From positions 2,592,001 through 2,656,000 of the forward strand of contig OY969767.1 of assembly GCA_963702895.1 (NCBI GenBank): a stretch of DNA of 64,000 nt, written 5' to 3'. The notes beneath the pieces were generated by a model. The model worked only from the letters and a program-made list of their open reading frames with translations, was not told the origin of the DNA and searched no databases. The translations under genes and the position numbers were made by a program. This stretch comes from an uncultured Elusimicrobia bacterium (lineage in GTDB: Bacteria > Elusimicrobiota > Elusimicrobia > 2-01-FULL-59-12). Shown piece by piece: positions 22,507-31,929 of this stretch (position 1 is its first letter; each line of letters opens with the position of its first letter).

Positions 22507-23386
22507 GACGTTTGGTTTCCTCCAGCGATAGGCGCAACATCGCCCGCTCGTCCACCTGAACCCCTAATAGCGCTTGCTGCTTGTCAACCCATGCGTCAAA
22601 CTTCGAGCGCTCCAGTTTAGCCCGAATCTCCTCCTTGACCTCCGCCAAAGGCTGAGCAGGCAGGGCTTTTTCTCCAAGCTTCTTAATGATATGAAATCCG
22701 AACTGTGTCTTGACGATCCCGGAAACCGCTCCGACCTTGAGCTTAAAAACCGCGTCTTCGAATTCCGGGACAAGGGCCCCTCGCCGGAAAGGGCTCAGTT
22801 TCCCCCCGCGCACAGCCGTGGCCGGGTCTTTGGACATTTGCTTGGCAACACGCTCAAACGACTCTTGGGCCCGCAAGCGGGCCATCGCTTTGCGCGCGTC
22901 GCCTTCCGAACTCAGGAGAATATGGCTGGCCGTGATCTCGACGGGCTTGGCATATTCATCCAAGCGCTCGTTGTAATATTTTTCCACCTCTGTGTCCGAA
23001 ACGGCCAGGTCTGTTGTTCTGAGGCGTCGCAGGACGCTATCGATCTGAAGCGTGTCCTGGTAGTCGCGTAAACGCTGCGCGGCATCTTTCTTATAGTTCG
23101 CCAAGGCCTGTCGATAAGCCGGTTCCTTGGGGATGCCCAATTTTGCCGATTCAGCGAGGAGCACTTTCTCGCGAATGAGGAGATTCAGAAATTGTCGGCG
23201 GCCGTCCGCGGTAGCGGCGTATTGCCGATAGGCAGCGGGAGCCTCATCGAGTCGAGAGCGCAAGTCATCCTCCGTTATGGGAAGAGCTCCGACCCTCGCG
23301 AGCGAAGGCTTTTCCGAACGCTGGCAGGCGCCCGAGAAAAACCCCGATACAACAAAGAAAAGGATCCAAAAGACGGCCTGATTCAT
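22496..23386 (-). CDS. PpiC/PrsA-type parvulin PPIase, probable lipoprotein
   Basis: Lipobox-like SGAC, ASHILL, GGKL, TQFGFHII. Confidence 0.9.
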   Translation of the reverse strand: MNQAVFWILFFVVSGFFSGACQRSEKPSLARVGALPITEDDLRSRLDEAPAAYRQYAATADGRRQFLNLLIREKVLLAESAKLGIPKEPAYRQALANYKKDAAQRLRDYQDTLQIDSVLRRLRTTDLAVSDTEVEKYYNERLDEYAKPVEITASHILLSSEGDARKAMARLRAQESFERVAKQMSKDPATAVRGGKLSPFRRGALVPEFEDAVFKLKVGAVSGIVKTQFGFHIIKKLGEKALPAQPLAEVKEEIRAKLERSKFDAWVDKQQALLGVQVDERAMLRLSLEETKRHEK

Positions 23387-23650
23387 GTCCGGGACTATAT
23401 CAAATTGAGCCGTAGACGATAATAACCATTTTGCGCGCCCATGAACCCCCCCCTTCGTTGTCCAGGGCGGAGGGAGCAGCGGGAGCGGCCCGCTTTCTCA
23501 CACAGCCAGGCGTAGCTGAAGAAGCACTTGAGCGCCGGCTAAAAGGGAAAGCTCGCCCGGCTGGAGTGACCATCAGCCAATGGTCTAGAATAAGTCTTGC
23601 AAGAGCCTTGGGGATGAAGGCTCGAATTCCAGAGGTTCAAGGAGAGCGTG

Positions 23651-24472
23651 ATGAGACAGTGGCTGGGGCCTTTCCTTCCGGCGGAGCATGGAGCTTGGGG
23701 TGTCTGGTTTTCTTCCCTTCTGTTAGGGGTCTTGGCTGTCGGTTTTCATATCGTGGCCACCCCGTCGATTTTACTTGCTTCGCTGGGCTTGCTTCTTCTT
23801 CGCAATCCCGTTTTGCGGTGGATGCGTTCCGGACCGTTGCGGTCCCCCGGGACCAGTCTCAGAACATTCCCTTGGGCCGGGTGGATTTTCTGTGTGACAC
23901 TCATCGGCCTGGGAGCGATTCCGCTCCTTTGGCTGCAACGCTGGTTCCTGTGCGTTCCGGCCCTGATCGCGGGGGTTGCGCTCGTGGTGGAAGCGCGATC
24001 ACGCAAATCGGACCCGCGCTCACGGATGGTCACAGAAGTGTTGAATAGCCTCGCGGTCTCTTCGGTCGCTCCGGCCACGGCCTATGCCGCCAGCGGCACA
24101 CTCGGCTGGATTGAGCTCACTCTGTGGGTTCTCTGTGCTCTTTACTTTGGCGTGACGACCCTGGATGTGCGTTGGAGAGTCTTGCGTCTTTACCAGAATC
24201 AAAGCCTGGCCCCAGCGGAACGGGTCGAGCAAGCAGGTCGGGAACGTTTCGTCGCGGCAGGCATAGGCATTGCCGTGGCACTCCTCTATGGGATATGGGC
24301 ACCGGTCTCAGGAGCGCTCTTCTTGTCCTTCGTCCCCCGGGCCCTTCGGTTCTTCCGCGCTGTCGGTCCAGGCCAAGTGCTGCCACGGGGAATCCGACGG
24401 CTGGGTTGGCAAGAAGTCATGCATTCCTTGCTCTTCGTTGTGATGAGTGCGGCCCTCATCCGCTGGTCGTAA
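23651..24472 (+). CDS. YwiC-like membrane protein
   Basis: LP.EHGAW N-terminal motif, RRLGWQE C-terminal motif, multiple TMs. Confidence 0.8.
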   Translation: MRQWLGPFLPAEHGAWGVWFSSLLLGVLAVGFHIVATPSILLASLGLLLLRNPVLRWMRSGPLRSPGTSLRTFPWAGWIFCVTLIGLGAIPLLWLQRWFLCVPALIAGVALVVEARSRKSDPRSRMVTEVLNSLAVSSVAPATAYAASGTLGWIELTLWVLCALYFGVTTLDVRWRVLRLYQNQSLAPAERVEQAGRERFVAAGIGIAVALLYGIWAPVSGALFLSFVPRALRFFRAVGPGQVLPRGIRRLGWQEVMHSLLFVVMSAALIRWS

Positions 24473-24490
24473 CCATTGTTTCCTTATGGA

Positions 24491-27400
24491 TTAGCGGAGT
24501 GATCCAAACAGGTCCCGGAGATAACGCAGTGGACCGCTGGATTCATAGGCTTGTCGTTCGAGGATCAGCGTAAAAGGAGGGCCCGGTTTAAAGCGTAAGC
24601 CGGAACGCTCCTGGGCGAGTTGCACCAGACGCGCGGGAGCAAGCGGTGTATTTTGGAGAAACCTGATCTCAAGCGAGGAAGGTTTCTGGACAATGCCATC
24701 AATACCCAGATCTCGGGCCGCCATGCGGAGCTCGGAGACTTCCAAAAGCGTTTGCGCTTCGTTCGGGAGAGAACCAAAGCGGTCTTCGAGCTCCCCTTTG
24801 ACCGCGGAAAGCGCTTCGGAGCCCATTGCGGACACCAGTTTCTTGTAGAAAAGGACGCGCAATTCTTCGCTGGGCATGTATTCCGCTGGCAAAAAGGCAT
24901 GCACGGAGAGGTCCAGGCTGGGGAATCGCACAGGCGGAGGCGCGACCTCCCCTTTGAGACGCGACATTTCTTCCTGCAGGAGTTGAGCGTAGAGATCGAG
25001 ACCCACGGCGGCAATGTGGCCATGCTGCTGCTGTCCTAAAAGGTTGCCCGCGCCACGGATCTCCATGTCGCGCACGGCCAGTCGGTAGCCGCTGCCCAGC
25101 TCCGTAAACTCCCGCAGCGCTTCAAGGCGGGCCCTCGCCTCCTGAGTGAGCGGGACCGACGGCGAATAGAACAGGTAACAGAACGCCTTTTGCCGTTCTC
25201 GTCCCACGCGGCCCCTGAGCTGATAGAGTTGGGAGAGGCCAAAGTCTTCCGCTTCCTCGACGATCAAGGTGTTCGCCGATGGGATGTCGATGCCGGACTC
25301 GATGATCGTGGTGGCCAGTAAGACCTCGTGTTTTCGGTGCGTGAACTCCCACATCACTTTTTCGATCGCGGGGCCCGCCATCTGCCCATGCACGACCCCG
25401 ATGGAGACCCCCGGGAGGAGCTGTTTGAGGAAATGCAGTCGCGTATGAAGAGACTGCACGCGGTTGTGAACGTAAAAAACCTGGCCTTTGCGTTCCAGCT
25501 CCTTTTGGATGGCCTGGAACACCACCGCATCCTCGTAGGGGCCGACATGTGTCGTAATAGGGAGGCGTCCTACAGGCGGTGACTCAATGATGGAAAGCTC
25601 CCGCATGCCGGACAAGGCAAACGAAAGCGTTCGGGGGATGGGGGTCGCCGTTAGGGTCAGGACATCCAGGCGCTCCCGCAGTTTTTTGATCTGCTCCTTA
25701 TGCTTGACGCCAAAGCGGTGCTCCTCATCGATGATCAAAAGCCCCAGATCATGAAACAGCACATCCTTTTGCAGCAGCTTATGGGTCCCCACCACAATGT
25801 CCAAGGCCCCTGAGACAAGCGCGGCGAGCGTCTCCTTTTCCTCTTTGGCGGACTGAAAGCGCGAAAGCATCCCAATACGCGCAGGGTAGTCGGCGAAGCG
25901 CTCGGTAAAGGTCCGGAAGTGCTGCTCGGCAAGGATCGTTGTCGGCACGAGCACCGCGACCTGCTTGGAGTCCGTGATCGCCTTCATGGAAGCGCGCATC
26001 GCGACTTCCGTTTTGCCGTATCCCACGTCTCCCAGGATGAGGCGATCCATCGGCTTGGTGGACTCCATATCCGCTTTGACTTCCGCAATGGCCCTCGCTT
26101 GGTCCAGGGTCTCTTCATAAAGGAAAGAGCTGGCAAATTCCTGCTCCAAGTGCGAATCCGCGGGGAAGGCATGGCCCGGCAGCGCTGCCCGCGCGGCATG
26201 AAGCTTGAGAAGGTCCCGCGCCAACTCCTGGATGCTTTCTTTGACGCGGGCTTTCACGCGTTCCCAGCTGGACGTATCGAGCGATGAGAGTCGAGGCGAA
26301 CCTCCTTCCGAACCGGAATACTTTTGGACTTGTTTAAAGTCGTACAAAGGGACATAGAGACGGTCGCCCTTCGCGTATTCAAGCTTGAGGTATTCTGCAT
26401 CGTGTCCACCGGCATGCAGGAGCTCAAGGCCGCGGTAGCGGCCAATCCCGTAATACTCATGCACCGCGTAATCGCCGGGGCGTAAGTCCTGGATTTCTCG
26501 GAGCGCTCCACCGCCTTTAAATTTCGGGAGACGCGGGCGGTGGCGATAGCGACCGAAAATCTCGGAGTTGGTCACGACGAAAAGTCTCGCGTCTTGGGCC
26601 CCGCGTCTTGCATCCGAAGACAGACTCGAGACTTTGGATTCGGGACGCGAGACAAAAAATCCAGAACGGAGCGGCCCTACGAGAAACTCCATACCCTTCG
26701 TGCCATGCGAGCCCAAGCGTTCTTCCAGAAGCTCCTGGAGGCGCTCGCTTTCGCCGGCGTTGTGGCTGAAGAAGAGGACCCTGCGATGATCCGCTACCGC
26801 TTTGCGCGCCTCTTGCGCGGCGAGTTCGATACCGGACACAAGACCCGTCGTGGACTTGAATCCCAAGTCCATTGCACCGGGAGGCGGCAGCCCGCGGTAA
26901 ATGATCGTACCGGCGAGCGGGCGAGTCGGCGAGCCGGCGCGAGGCGATTCCGTTATGTCGCCGGTCCGCCGATTCGCCGATCCGCCGTCCCGGGGATCGA
27001 TCTCGTCCCAAAACCACACCACTCCCTCCGGGACGAATTCGGCGAGATGACCGGCAGGCTTGTTTTCCTTGAACGGGAAAAGCTTTTGTGGCCCGAGGTA
27101 GACTTCAGACCGCTGAGTACCCGGGCTGAAAGTTCGGACTGATTCGAGCGTATCACCATCAAAAAGAAGCCGCCAGGGCTTCTCTATGGAGGAGGGCCAG
27201 ATATCGACCACCTCGCCACGGACGGCGATCTCCCCTTCCATTTCCACCATATCGGTCCGGGAGTAACCCCCTTGAGCGAGTCTCTCAAGGAGTTGTGTCC
27301 GCGGATAGAGTTGACCCGGGCGCAGTTCCAGCGTCAAGCCTTGGAGCTGCGTTGGTGTGTAGACCTGTTTTTCAAAAGAGCCCTGGGAACAAAGAAGAAT

Positions 27401-27712
27401 CGCATGTTTTTCTTGCGCCCATTGCCCCAGCGCCGCAATGCGTGCGGCTTCATCCAGTTCAGGCAGGTAAATGACAGGGGAGCGCTCCGTTGCCGGCAAG
27501 AGCGAATCCCAAGCTTCGATGTCCGCAGAAAGTCCCTCGGCTTCCAAGTCCTCCGTTGTGATGACGACAACGGATTGACGCAGCGCTCGGGCGAGCGTCG
27601 AAAGGAAATACCCTTTGCTTCCGGCGGGAAGGCCTGAGAGGTGGAGCGGCCCGCTTTCGCGCAGATCGGAGAGAAGGGATGGAGGGATCCAGCAAGGATC
27701 GACGGCACTCAT
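24491..27712 (-). CDS. mfd: Transcription-repair coupling factor
   Basis: VHEYYGIG, GDVGYGKT, DEEHRFGV, QLRGRVGR, EIRGAGNLLG, TRCF domain. Confidence 0.97.
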   Translation of the reverse strand: MSAVDPCWIPPSLLSDLRESGPLHLSGLPAGSKGYFLSTLARALRQSVVVITTEDLEAEGLSADIEAWDSLLPATERSPVIYLPELDEAARIAALGQWAQEKHAILLCSQGSFEKQVYTPTQLQGLTLELRPGQLYPRTQLLERLAQGGYSRTDMVEMEGEIAVRGEVVDIWPSSIEKPWRLLFDGDTLESVRTFSPGTQRSEVYLGPQKLFPFKENKPAGHLAEFVPEGVVWFWDEIDPRDGGSANRRTGDITESPRAGSPTRPLAGTIIYRGLPPPGAMDLGFKSTTGLVSGIELAAQEARKAVADHRRVLFFSHNAGESERLQELLEERLGSHGTKGMEFLVGPLRSGFFVSRPESKVSSLSSDARRGAQDARLFVVTNSEIFGRYRHRPRLPKFKGGGALREIQDLRPGDYAVHEYYGIGRYRGLELLHAGGHDAEYLKLEYAKGDRLYVPLYDFKQVQKYSGSEGGSPRLSSLDTSSWERVKARVKESIQELARDLLKLHAARAALPGHAFPADSHLEQEFASSFLYEETLDQARAIAEVKADMESTKPMDRLILGDVGYGKTEVAMRASMKAITDSKQVAVLVPTTILAEQHFRTFTERFADYPARIGMLSRFQSAKEEKETLAALVSGALDIVVGTHKLLQKDVLFHDLGLLIIDEEHRFGVKHKEQIKKLRERLDVLTLTATPIPRTLSFALSGMRELSIIESPPVGRLPITTHVGPYEDAVVFQAIQKELERKGQVFYVHNRVQSLHTRLHFLKQLLPGVSIGVVHGQMAGPAIEKVMWEFTHRKHEVLLATTIIESGIDIPSANTLIVEEAEDFGLSQLYQLRGRVGRERQKAFCYLFYSPSVPLTQEARARLEALREFTELGSGYRLAVRDMEIRGAGNLLGQQQHGHIAAVGLDLYAQLLQEEMSRLKGEVAPPPVRFPSLDLSVHAFLPAEYMPSEELRVLFYKKLVSAMGSEALSAVKGELEDRFGSLPNEAQTLLEVSELRMAARDLGIDGIVQKPSSLEIRFLQNTPLAPARLVQLAQERSGLRFKPGPPFTLILERQAYESSGPLRYLRDLFGSLR
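26584..26653. repeat. In-frame inverted heptamer-tandem hairpin in mfd
   Basis: Perfect terminal IR GTCTCGCGTC/GACGCGAGAC with 7-nt periodicity. Confidence 0.7.
26910..26989. repeat. In-frame inverted octamer-tandem hairpin in mfd
   Basis: CCGGCGAG CGGGCGAG TCGGCGAG CCGGCGCG ... TCGCCGGT CCGCCGAT TCGCCGAT CCGCCGTC. Confidence 0.75.
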
Positions 27713-29340
27713 CGACTGAGCTTCAAAACGCGTAAATCGGCAACACGGACGCGGTCGGGACTGTCCGTGCCTGCGGCCGCAAAGATATACCGGGCAGGCT
27801 CTGGCTCCATCGGAAGACAGGAAAAGAAAGCTTCACCTTTCACATTGGTGATCGCTGTCCCTTGCCGCTCGCCAAAGCCAATGGGGCTAAAACAGCCGTA
27901 ATACACTTTCCGTTTGTCGATCGGATGACGGGACCCATCCTGAACGCGGACCACGAATTCCAACGTCCCATTTTTGGGGGTCGAGGACCGGGGTTCGACG
28001 CTGATGGATTCTTGGGGAACTCCCGCAAGAAATGAAATCTCCTTGGCGGCGAGGACCGACTCGTTTTTGTCGAACGCCTGCAGCATCACGCTCTGGCGAC
28101 TTTTCGCCAGTTTAGGAAGTTTGATAAATCCCTGGAACCAGCCGCGCCTTGAGCCGTCCAGAAGCGCCCAATCACCGTGATTGAGGCTATAGCGCACAGA
28201 CTTGACCTTCTCAGACGTGGTGACCTGGATGCTGATCGGCCCCTCAATCGGATATGAGTGGTTTGCCTTCGGCTCGATGGGAATCAAATGGTGGTACGTG
28301 GTGACGTCGCGATAAATTTGTCGGGGCACGCCGTTCATGTCCTGAGGGCTATCGGTCGGGATGCCCAAGATGCCGTTCCATTCCCAGGGTTCGTTGTCAT
28401 GAACGTCTGGATCTTTGGGGTAGTGCCAGGTATCAATCCAAGACACGAGCACACCCCCCTGCGCATGGCCTTCCACAAGAGCGCGCAGGCTCTCCAGATC
28501 TTTGAGGCTTTGATCGTATTCGCTCAGGCCTCCGTGGCCGCCGAAGGCCGTTTGGCTCGCTTCTGAGACGGCGTAGCCCCCCGTTTCCCCGATGATCAAA
28601 GGCTTGCTTTGAGCTGCGCTGTCCGCAAACCAGCGCGTCATGCCCGCCATCCCCATCGCCTGCACAAGCGACTTTGGCCAAAAGCCGAATAGGTTCATCG
28701 TGACAAAATCGAAATGCTGGTGGTCCATGAAAGCCAGCGGCGGCCAGCTGTCCATCGAGACAGGGCGCGGGTCGATCTCTTGGACCGCGCGCTTGAGACG
28801 CCGGAAAAATTGCTCGGTCTCCCCCACCCCTGTTTCAAGAACAGCTTGCGGCGCAGGCTCGGTCATAAGCAGGTAGCCCAGCACATTGTCAGCGCTCTTC
28901 GATTGCTCCGCCACCCCGCGCGCCTGCGCGATGGCGCTTTGCTGGTTGTGGGGATCGGAAAAGTCCTGTTTAGGGTCTAGCCAAACCCCTTGCAGCACCA
29001 TCAGACCATGGGCTTTGGCGAGCGAGAGCTCATCCGGTCCTAGGGCATCCCAGGTCCGCACGACATTGAAGTGGGCTTTCTTGATACGCTCGAAATCCAT
29101 TTTCGTGTAACGGTAATTGGTGTCGGTGTAGGACACGCCCGGACGCTGATGCGGTCGCCAGGGCGCATAGCCCACGCCTCGCACGAAGAAGGGCTCGCCG
29201 TCAACATAAAACCGGCCCTCACGGATTTCAACGCGACTTGATCCGAGCACGAGCGAAGAGTGAAGGGCGAAGAGGAATAGGAGCAGAACCCAACGAGCGC
29301 CCTTCGCCCTTCTCCCTTCTGCTGAAATGCGTCTGTTCAT
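27709..29340 (-). CDS. Secreted glycoside hydrolase (GH-A clan TIM barrel plus Ig-like domains)
   Basis: VDGEPFFVRGVGY, FNVVRTW, putative catalytic TEP and IGETG, E..WNGI. Confidence 0.75.
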   Translation of the reverse strand: MNRRISAEGRRAKGARWVLLLFLFALHSSLVLGSSRVEIREGRFYVDGEPFFVRGVGYAPWRPHQRPGVSYTDTNYRYTKMDFERIKKAHFNVVRTWDALGPDELSLAKAHGLMVLQGVWLDPKQDFSDPHNQQSAIAQARGVAEQSKSADNVLGYLLMTEPAPQAVLETGVGETEQFFRRLKRAVQEIDPRPVSMDSWPPLAFMDHQHFDFVTMNLFGFWPKSLVQAMGMAGMTRWFADSAAQSKPLIIGETGGYAVSEASQTAFGGHGGLSEYDQSLKDLESLRALVEGHAQGGVLVSWIDTWHYPKDPDVHDNEPWEWNGILGIPTDSPQDMNGVPRQIYRDVTTYHHLIPIEPKANHSYPIEGPISIQVTTSEKVKSVRYSLNHGDWALLDGSRRGWFQGFIKLPKLAKSRQSVMLQAFDKNESVLAAKEISFLAGVPQESISVEPRSSTPKNGTLEFVVRVQDGSRHPIDKRKVYYGCFSPIGFGERQGTAITNVKGEAFFSCLPMEPEPARYIFAAAGTDSPDRVRVADLRVLKLSR

Positions 29341-29933
29341 TTTTTTCTCATGAGCAGGCTGTAGCTCTTTGGCTTTCGGGGGCCTTCGAACACCCCTTCC
29401 CGTAGCTTGAGGATATGAAATCCTGGGCGAAAGAGCTCCTCCAGCTCTTGTCGCGAAAAACGGAAGGGACCTTCGGTCCCCGGCTCTTGGTCACTAAAGA
29501 CTCTCAGCCCATAGAGACCTCCCGCGCGAAGGACACGCTTGACTTCGGCGATCGCCTGGGGACGATCTTCCGGCGACAGGACATGAAAACACCCACGGTC
29601 ATAAGCGAAGTCAATGAACTGATCTTCTACAGGAATTTGTCGGATGTCGCCGATTTGGAAAAACCCAAAGACGCCCGCTGCAGAAGCGGTTTCGCGCGCC
29701 AAGGCGATCGCTGCGGGACTGATATCGATACCGATGACGTTAAAGCCCTGCTGGATCAAGTAGACGGCATCATGACCGGGACCCGTTCCCATATCCAAGG
29801 CCTGGCCCACCGGGATCTCGCCGGAACGGACCCAGCGGACCAAGTCCGGGTCCGGCCCTCCGGAGTTCCACGGCAAATCCCCAGGAGGGGTTTTAAGATA
29901 CACATCCTCCCAATGCTCGTCGTTAAAAGGCAC
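29337..29933 (-). CDS. Class I SAM methyltransferase (TPMT-like)
   Basis: W...Y.....PW, LDMGTGPG, GIDIS, YDRGCFH. Confidence 0.88.
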   Translation of the reverse strand: MPFNDEHWEDVYLKTPPGDLPWNSGGPDPDLVRWVRSGEIPVGQALDMGTGPGHDAVYLIQQGFNVIGIDISPAAIALARETASAAGVFGFFQIGDIRQIPVEDQFIDFAYDRGCFHVLSPEDRPQAIAEVKRVLRAGGLYGLRVFSDQEPGTEGPFRFSRQELEELFRPGFHILKLREGVFEGPRKPKSYSLLMRKK

Positions 29934-30348
29934 GGCGGTGTTCCTGATAGATGCATTTGTTCATCACCACCTGGAGGCCGGCAGATCGCGCCCGGTTCGC
30001 GGCTGCATTATGAACAATGCCTTGCTGCATCCAAATCACTTTGGCCTTCTTGGCGATCGCTTCCTCCACAATGGCAGGTACGGCGGACGGCTCCCGGAAG
30101 AGGTCGACAATATCGACGGGCTCGGGGATCTCGCTTAAGCTTTTGTAGCACTTGTCTCCCAGGATTTCAGTATGCCCAGGGTTCACCGGGATCACTTTGT
30201 AGCCGTGTTCCTTGAGATAAATCGAAATCCAATGCGACGGCCGCTCAGGCTTCAGTGACGCGCCAATCACCGCGATCACTCTCGATTCTCGGAGGATCCT
30301 TGCGATCTCTTCGGGAGCCGCGTTTTCTTTCGGGAATTCACATTCCAT
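29923..30348 (-). CDS. CoA-binding protein (YccU-like)
   Basis: IAVIGAS.KPERPS, PVNP, VDIVDLFR, WMQQG, VMNKC. Confidence 0.9.
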   Translation of the reverse strand: MECEFPKENAAPEEIARILRESRVIAVIGASLKPERPSHWISIYLKEHGYKVIPVNPGHTEILGDKCYKSLSEIPEPVDIVDLFREPSAVPAIVEEAIAKKAKVIWMQQGIVHNAAANRARSAGLQVVMNKCIYQEHRRAF

Positions 30349-30365
30349 ACGAAATTCTTTCAAGT

Positions 30366-30501
30366 CAGAATAAACAGACGGCGGAATAGACGGACGTCAG
30401 AAAAACCGACACAGCGGCCATCATGAATCGAATCCTGCCTCCAGGCATTTCCGCCTCTTGTATAGCCCGCCGTCCGCTTTTTCTGCCCCCCGTCTTTTCT
30501 G
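30366..30501. repeat. Degenerate inverted 8/16-nt tandem hairpin (intergenic)
   Basis: Left arm CAGAATAAACAGACGG CGGAATAGACGGACGT CAGAAAAA; right arm on the minus strand reads CAGAAAAGACGGGGGG CAGAAAAAGCGGACGG. Confidence 0.55.
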
Positions 30502-30504
30502 TGG

Positions 30505-31902
30505 TCACTTGAATGTTAATTTTACCGCGGTTTCGATGTGGGGTGTGTGCGGGAATAAATCCACCGGCTGAATTTCCTGAGCCCAATAACCGCCTTTCGT
30601 CAGAACGCCAAGATCCCGGGCGAGGGTCGCGGGGTCGCAGGAGACGTAAACGAGGGGAGAGGGGCGAAGGGCGACGAGCGACTTCAGAACCGAAGGCGTG
30701 CAGCCGGAGCGCGGCGGATCGACCACGACCGCCAGAGGCCTTCGGTCGTGAGCAAGGCCTCCCAGGAAGGCCTCCGCGGACTTCGCGATAAAGCGGGCGT
30801 TATCAATGTTGTTAAGCTCGGCATTCATTTCGGCATCACGGAAGGCTGCCGGGAATTCCTCCACTCCGCCGACCTCCTGAAAGCCGTCGGCGAGCCACAA
30901 AGCGATGGTTCCAACGCCGGTGTAGAGGTCCAGGAGCCGCTCGCCGCGCCCCGCCATCCCTTGGATCACGTTATAGAGGATCTCCGCCTGCGGGCTGTTC
31001 ACCTGGAAGAAGGCGCCCGGCGAGAGCCGAAAGCGCAGCCTCCCGAGCCGCTCTTCCAAATAATCCTGGCCATGAATCTTTCGCCACTGGCTTCCGAGGA
31101 TCACGTTCGTGCGAGCGGGCTGGATGTTCTGGTGAATGGCGACGAGGTTAGGACATTCTCGAATAAGGACTGGGATGATCTCTCTTTCTTTGGCAAAAGA
31201 AGGGTCGCGCGTGACCAGGATGAGCATAGCCTTGCCGTCCTGGGACGTGCGAAGCAGAAGGTGCCGGATCCATCCAAGATGCCGTTTGGGATCATAGGCA
31301 TGCACGCCCAGCTTTTTGAACAGCTCCAGCGTTCGTTGGATGATCTTCACTGACAGCTCCGACTGCACCAGACAATCCTCGACGGGCACGATGTCATGCG
31401 ACCCTTCGCTGTAGAAGCCGGAAATGAGCGCCTGCCCGTTCCAGCCCACGGGTTGCTGCACCTTGTTGCGATAACGCCAGGGATCTTTCATGCCCAAAAC
31501 AGGCTTGACGGTGATGCCGGAGAGTCCCCCCAGGCGCTCCAGGGTTTCCTGAACAATGGCTCTCTTGGCTTCCAGCTGGGAGGGGTAGGGCAGGTGTTGC
31601 CAGGAGCAACCGCCGCACCAAAGACCAGGGACGACAGATGAGGAGCCAGAGATGACGGACGAGGAACCGGGAACACGAAAGTGATAAGGGCAAGGAGGGT
31701 CGACTCGCGCGCCGGAGGACTCCGTGATTTTTAGAATGCGCGCGCGCGCGAAACGTTTGCGGAGGTCTGTGATCTGCGCTTCGAGGGTGTCGCCGGGAGC
31801 CGCGTAGGGGACAAAGACAACCCTTCCTTCCGTGCGGGCAACACCTTCCCCCCCGCTCGACAAGCGCTCAATACGAAGACGTATGCGTTCACCTTGACGC
31901 AT
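30505..31902 (-). CDS. rlmD: 23S rRNA (uracil-C5)-methyltransferase
   Basis: TRAM domain, CGGC, YRNK, FFQVN, VDPPRSG, YVSCDPATLARD, DLFPHTPHIE. Confidence 0.95.
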   Translation of the reverse strand: MRQGERIRLRIERLSSGGEGVARTEGRVVFVPYAAPGDTLEAQITDLRKRFARARILKITESSGARVDPPCPYHFRVPGSSSVISGSSSVVPGLWCGGCSWQHLPYPSQLEAKRAIVQETLERLGGLSGITVKPVLGMKDPWRYRNKVQQPVGWNGQALISGFYSEGSHDIVPVEDCLVQSELSVKIIQRTLELFKKLGVHAYDPKRHLGWIRHLLLRTSQDGKAMLILVTRDPSFAKEREIIPVLIRECPNLVAIHQNIQPARTNVILGSQWRKIHGQDYLEERLGRLRFRLSPGAFFQVNSPQAEILYNVIQGMAGRGERLLDLYTGVGTIALWLADGFQEVGGVEEFPAAFRDAEMNAELNNIDNARFIAKSAEAFLGGLAHDRRPLAVVVDPPRSGCTPSVLKSLVALRPSPLVYVSCDPATLARDLGVLTKGGYWAQEIQPVDLFPHTPHIETAVKLTFK

Positions 31903-31929
31903 TCGTCTATTCTACTTATGAAGAGGACG

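Noticed and set aside
23431..24048. 205-aa ORF overlapping the YwiC-like gene
   Set aside because: Alternative frame without motifs; the YwiC frame has the family signature.
30652..30681. Heptamer-like periodicity near the rlmD 3' end
   Set aside because: No length increase relative to the usual motif spacing and no inverted arm; may be chance.
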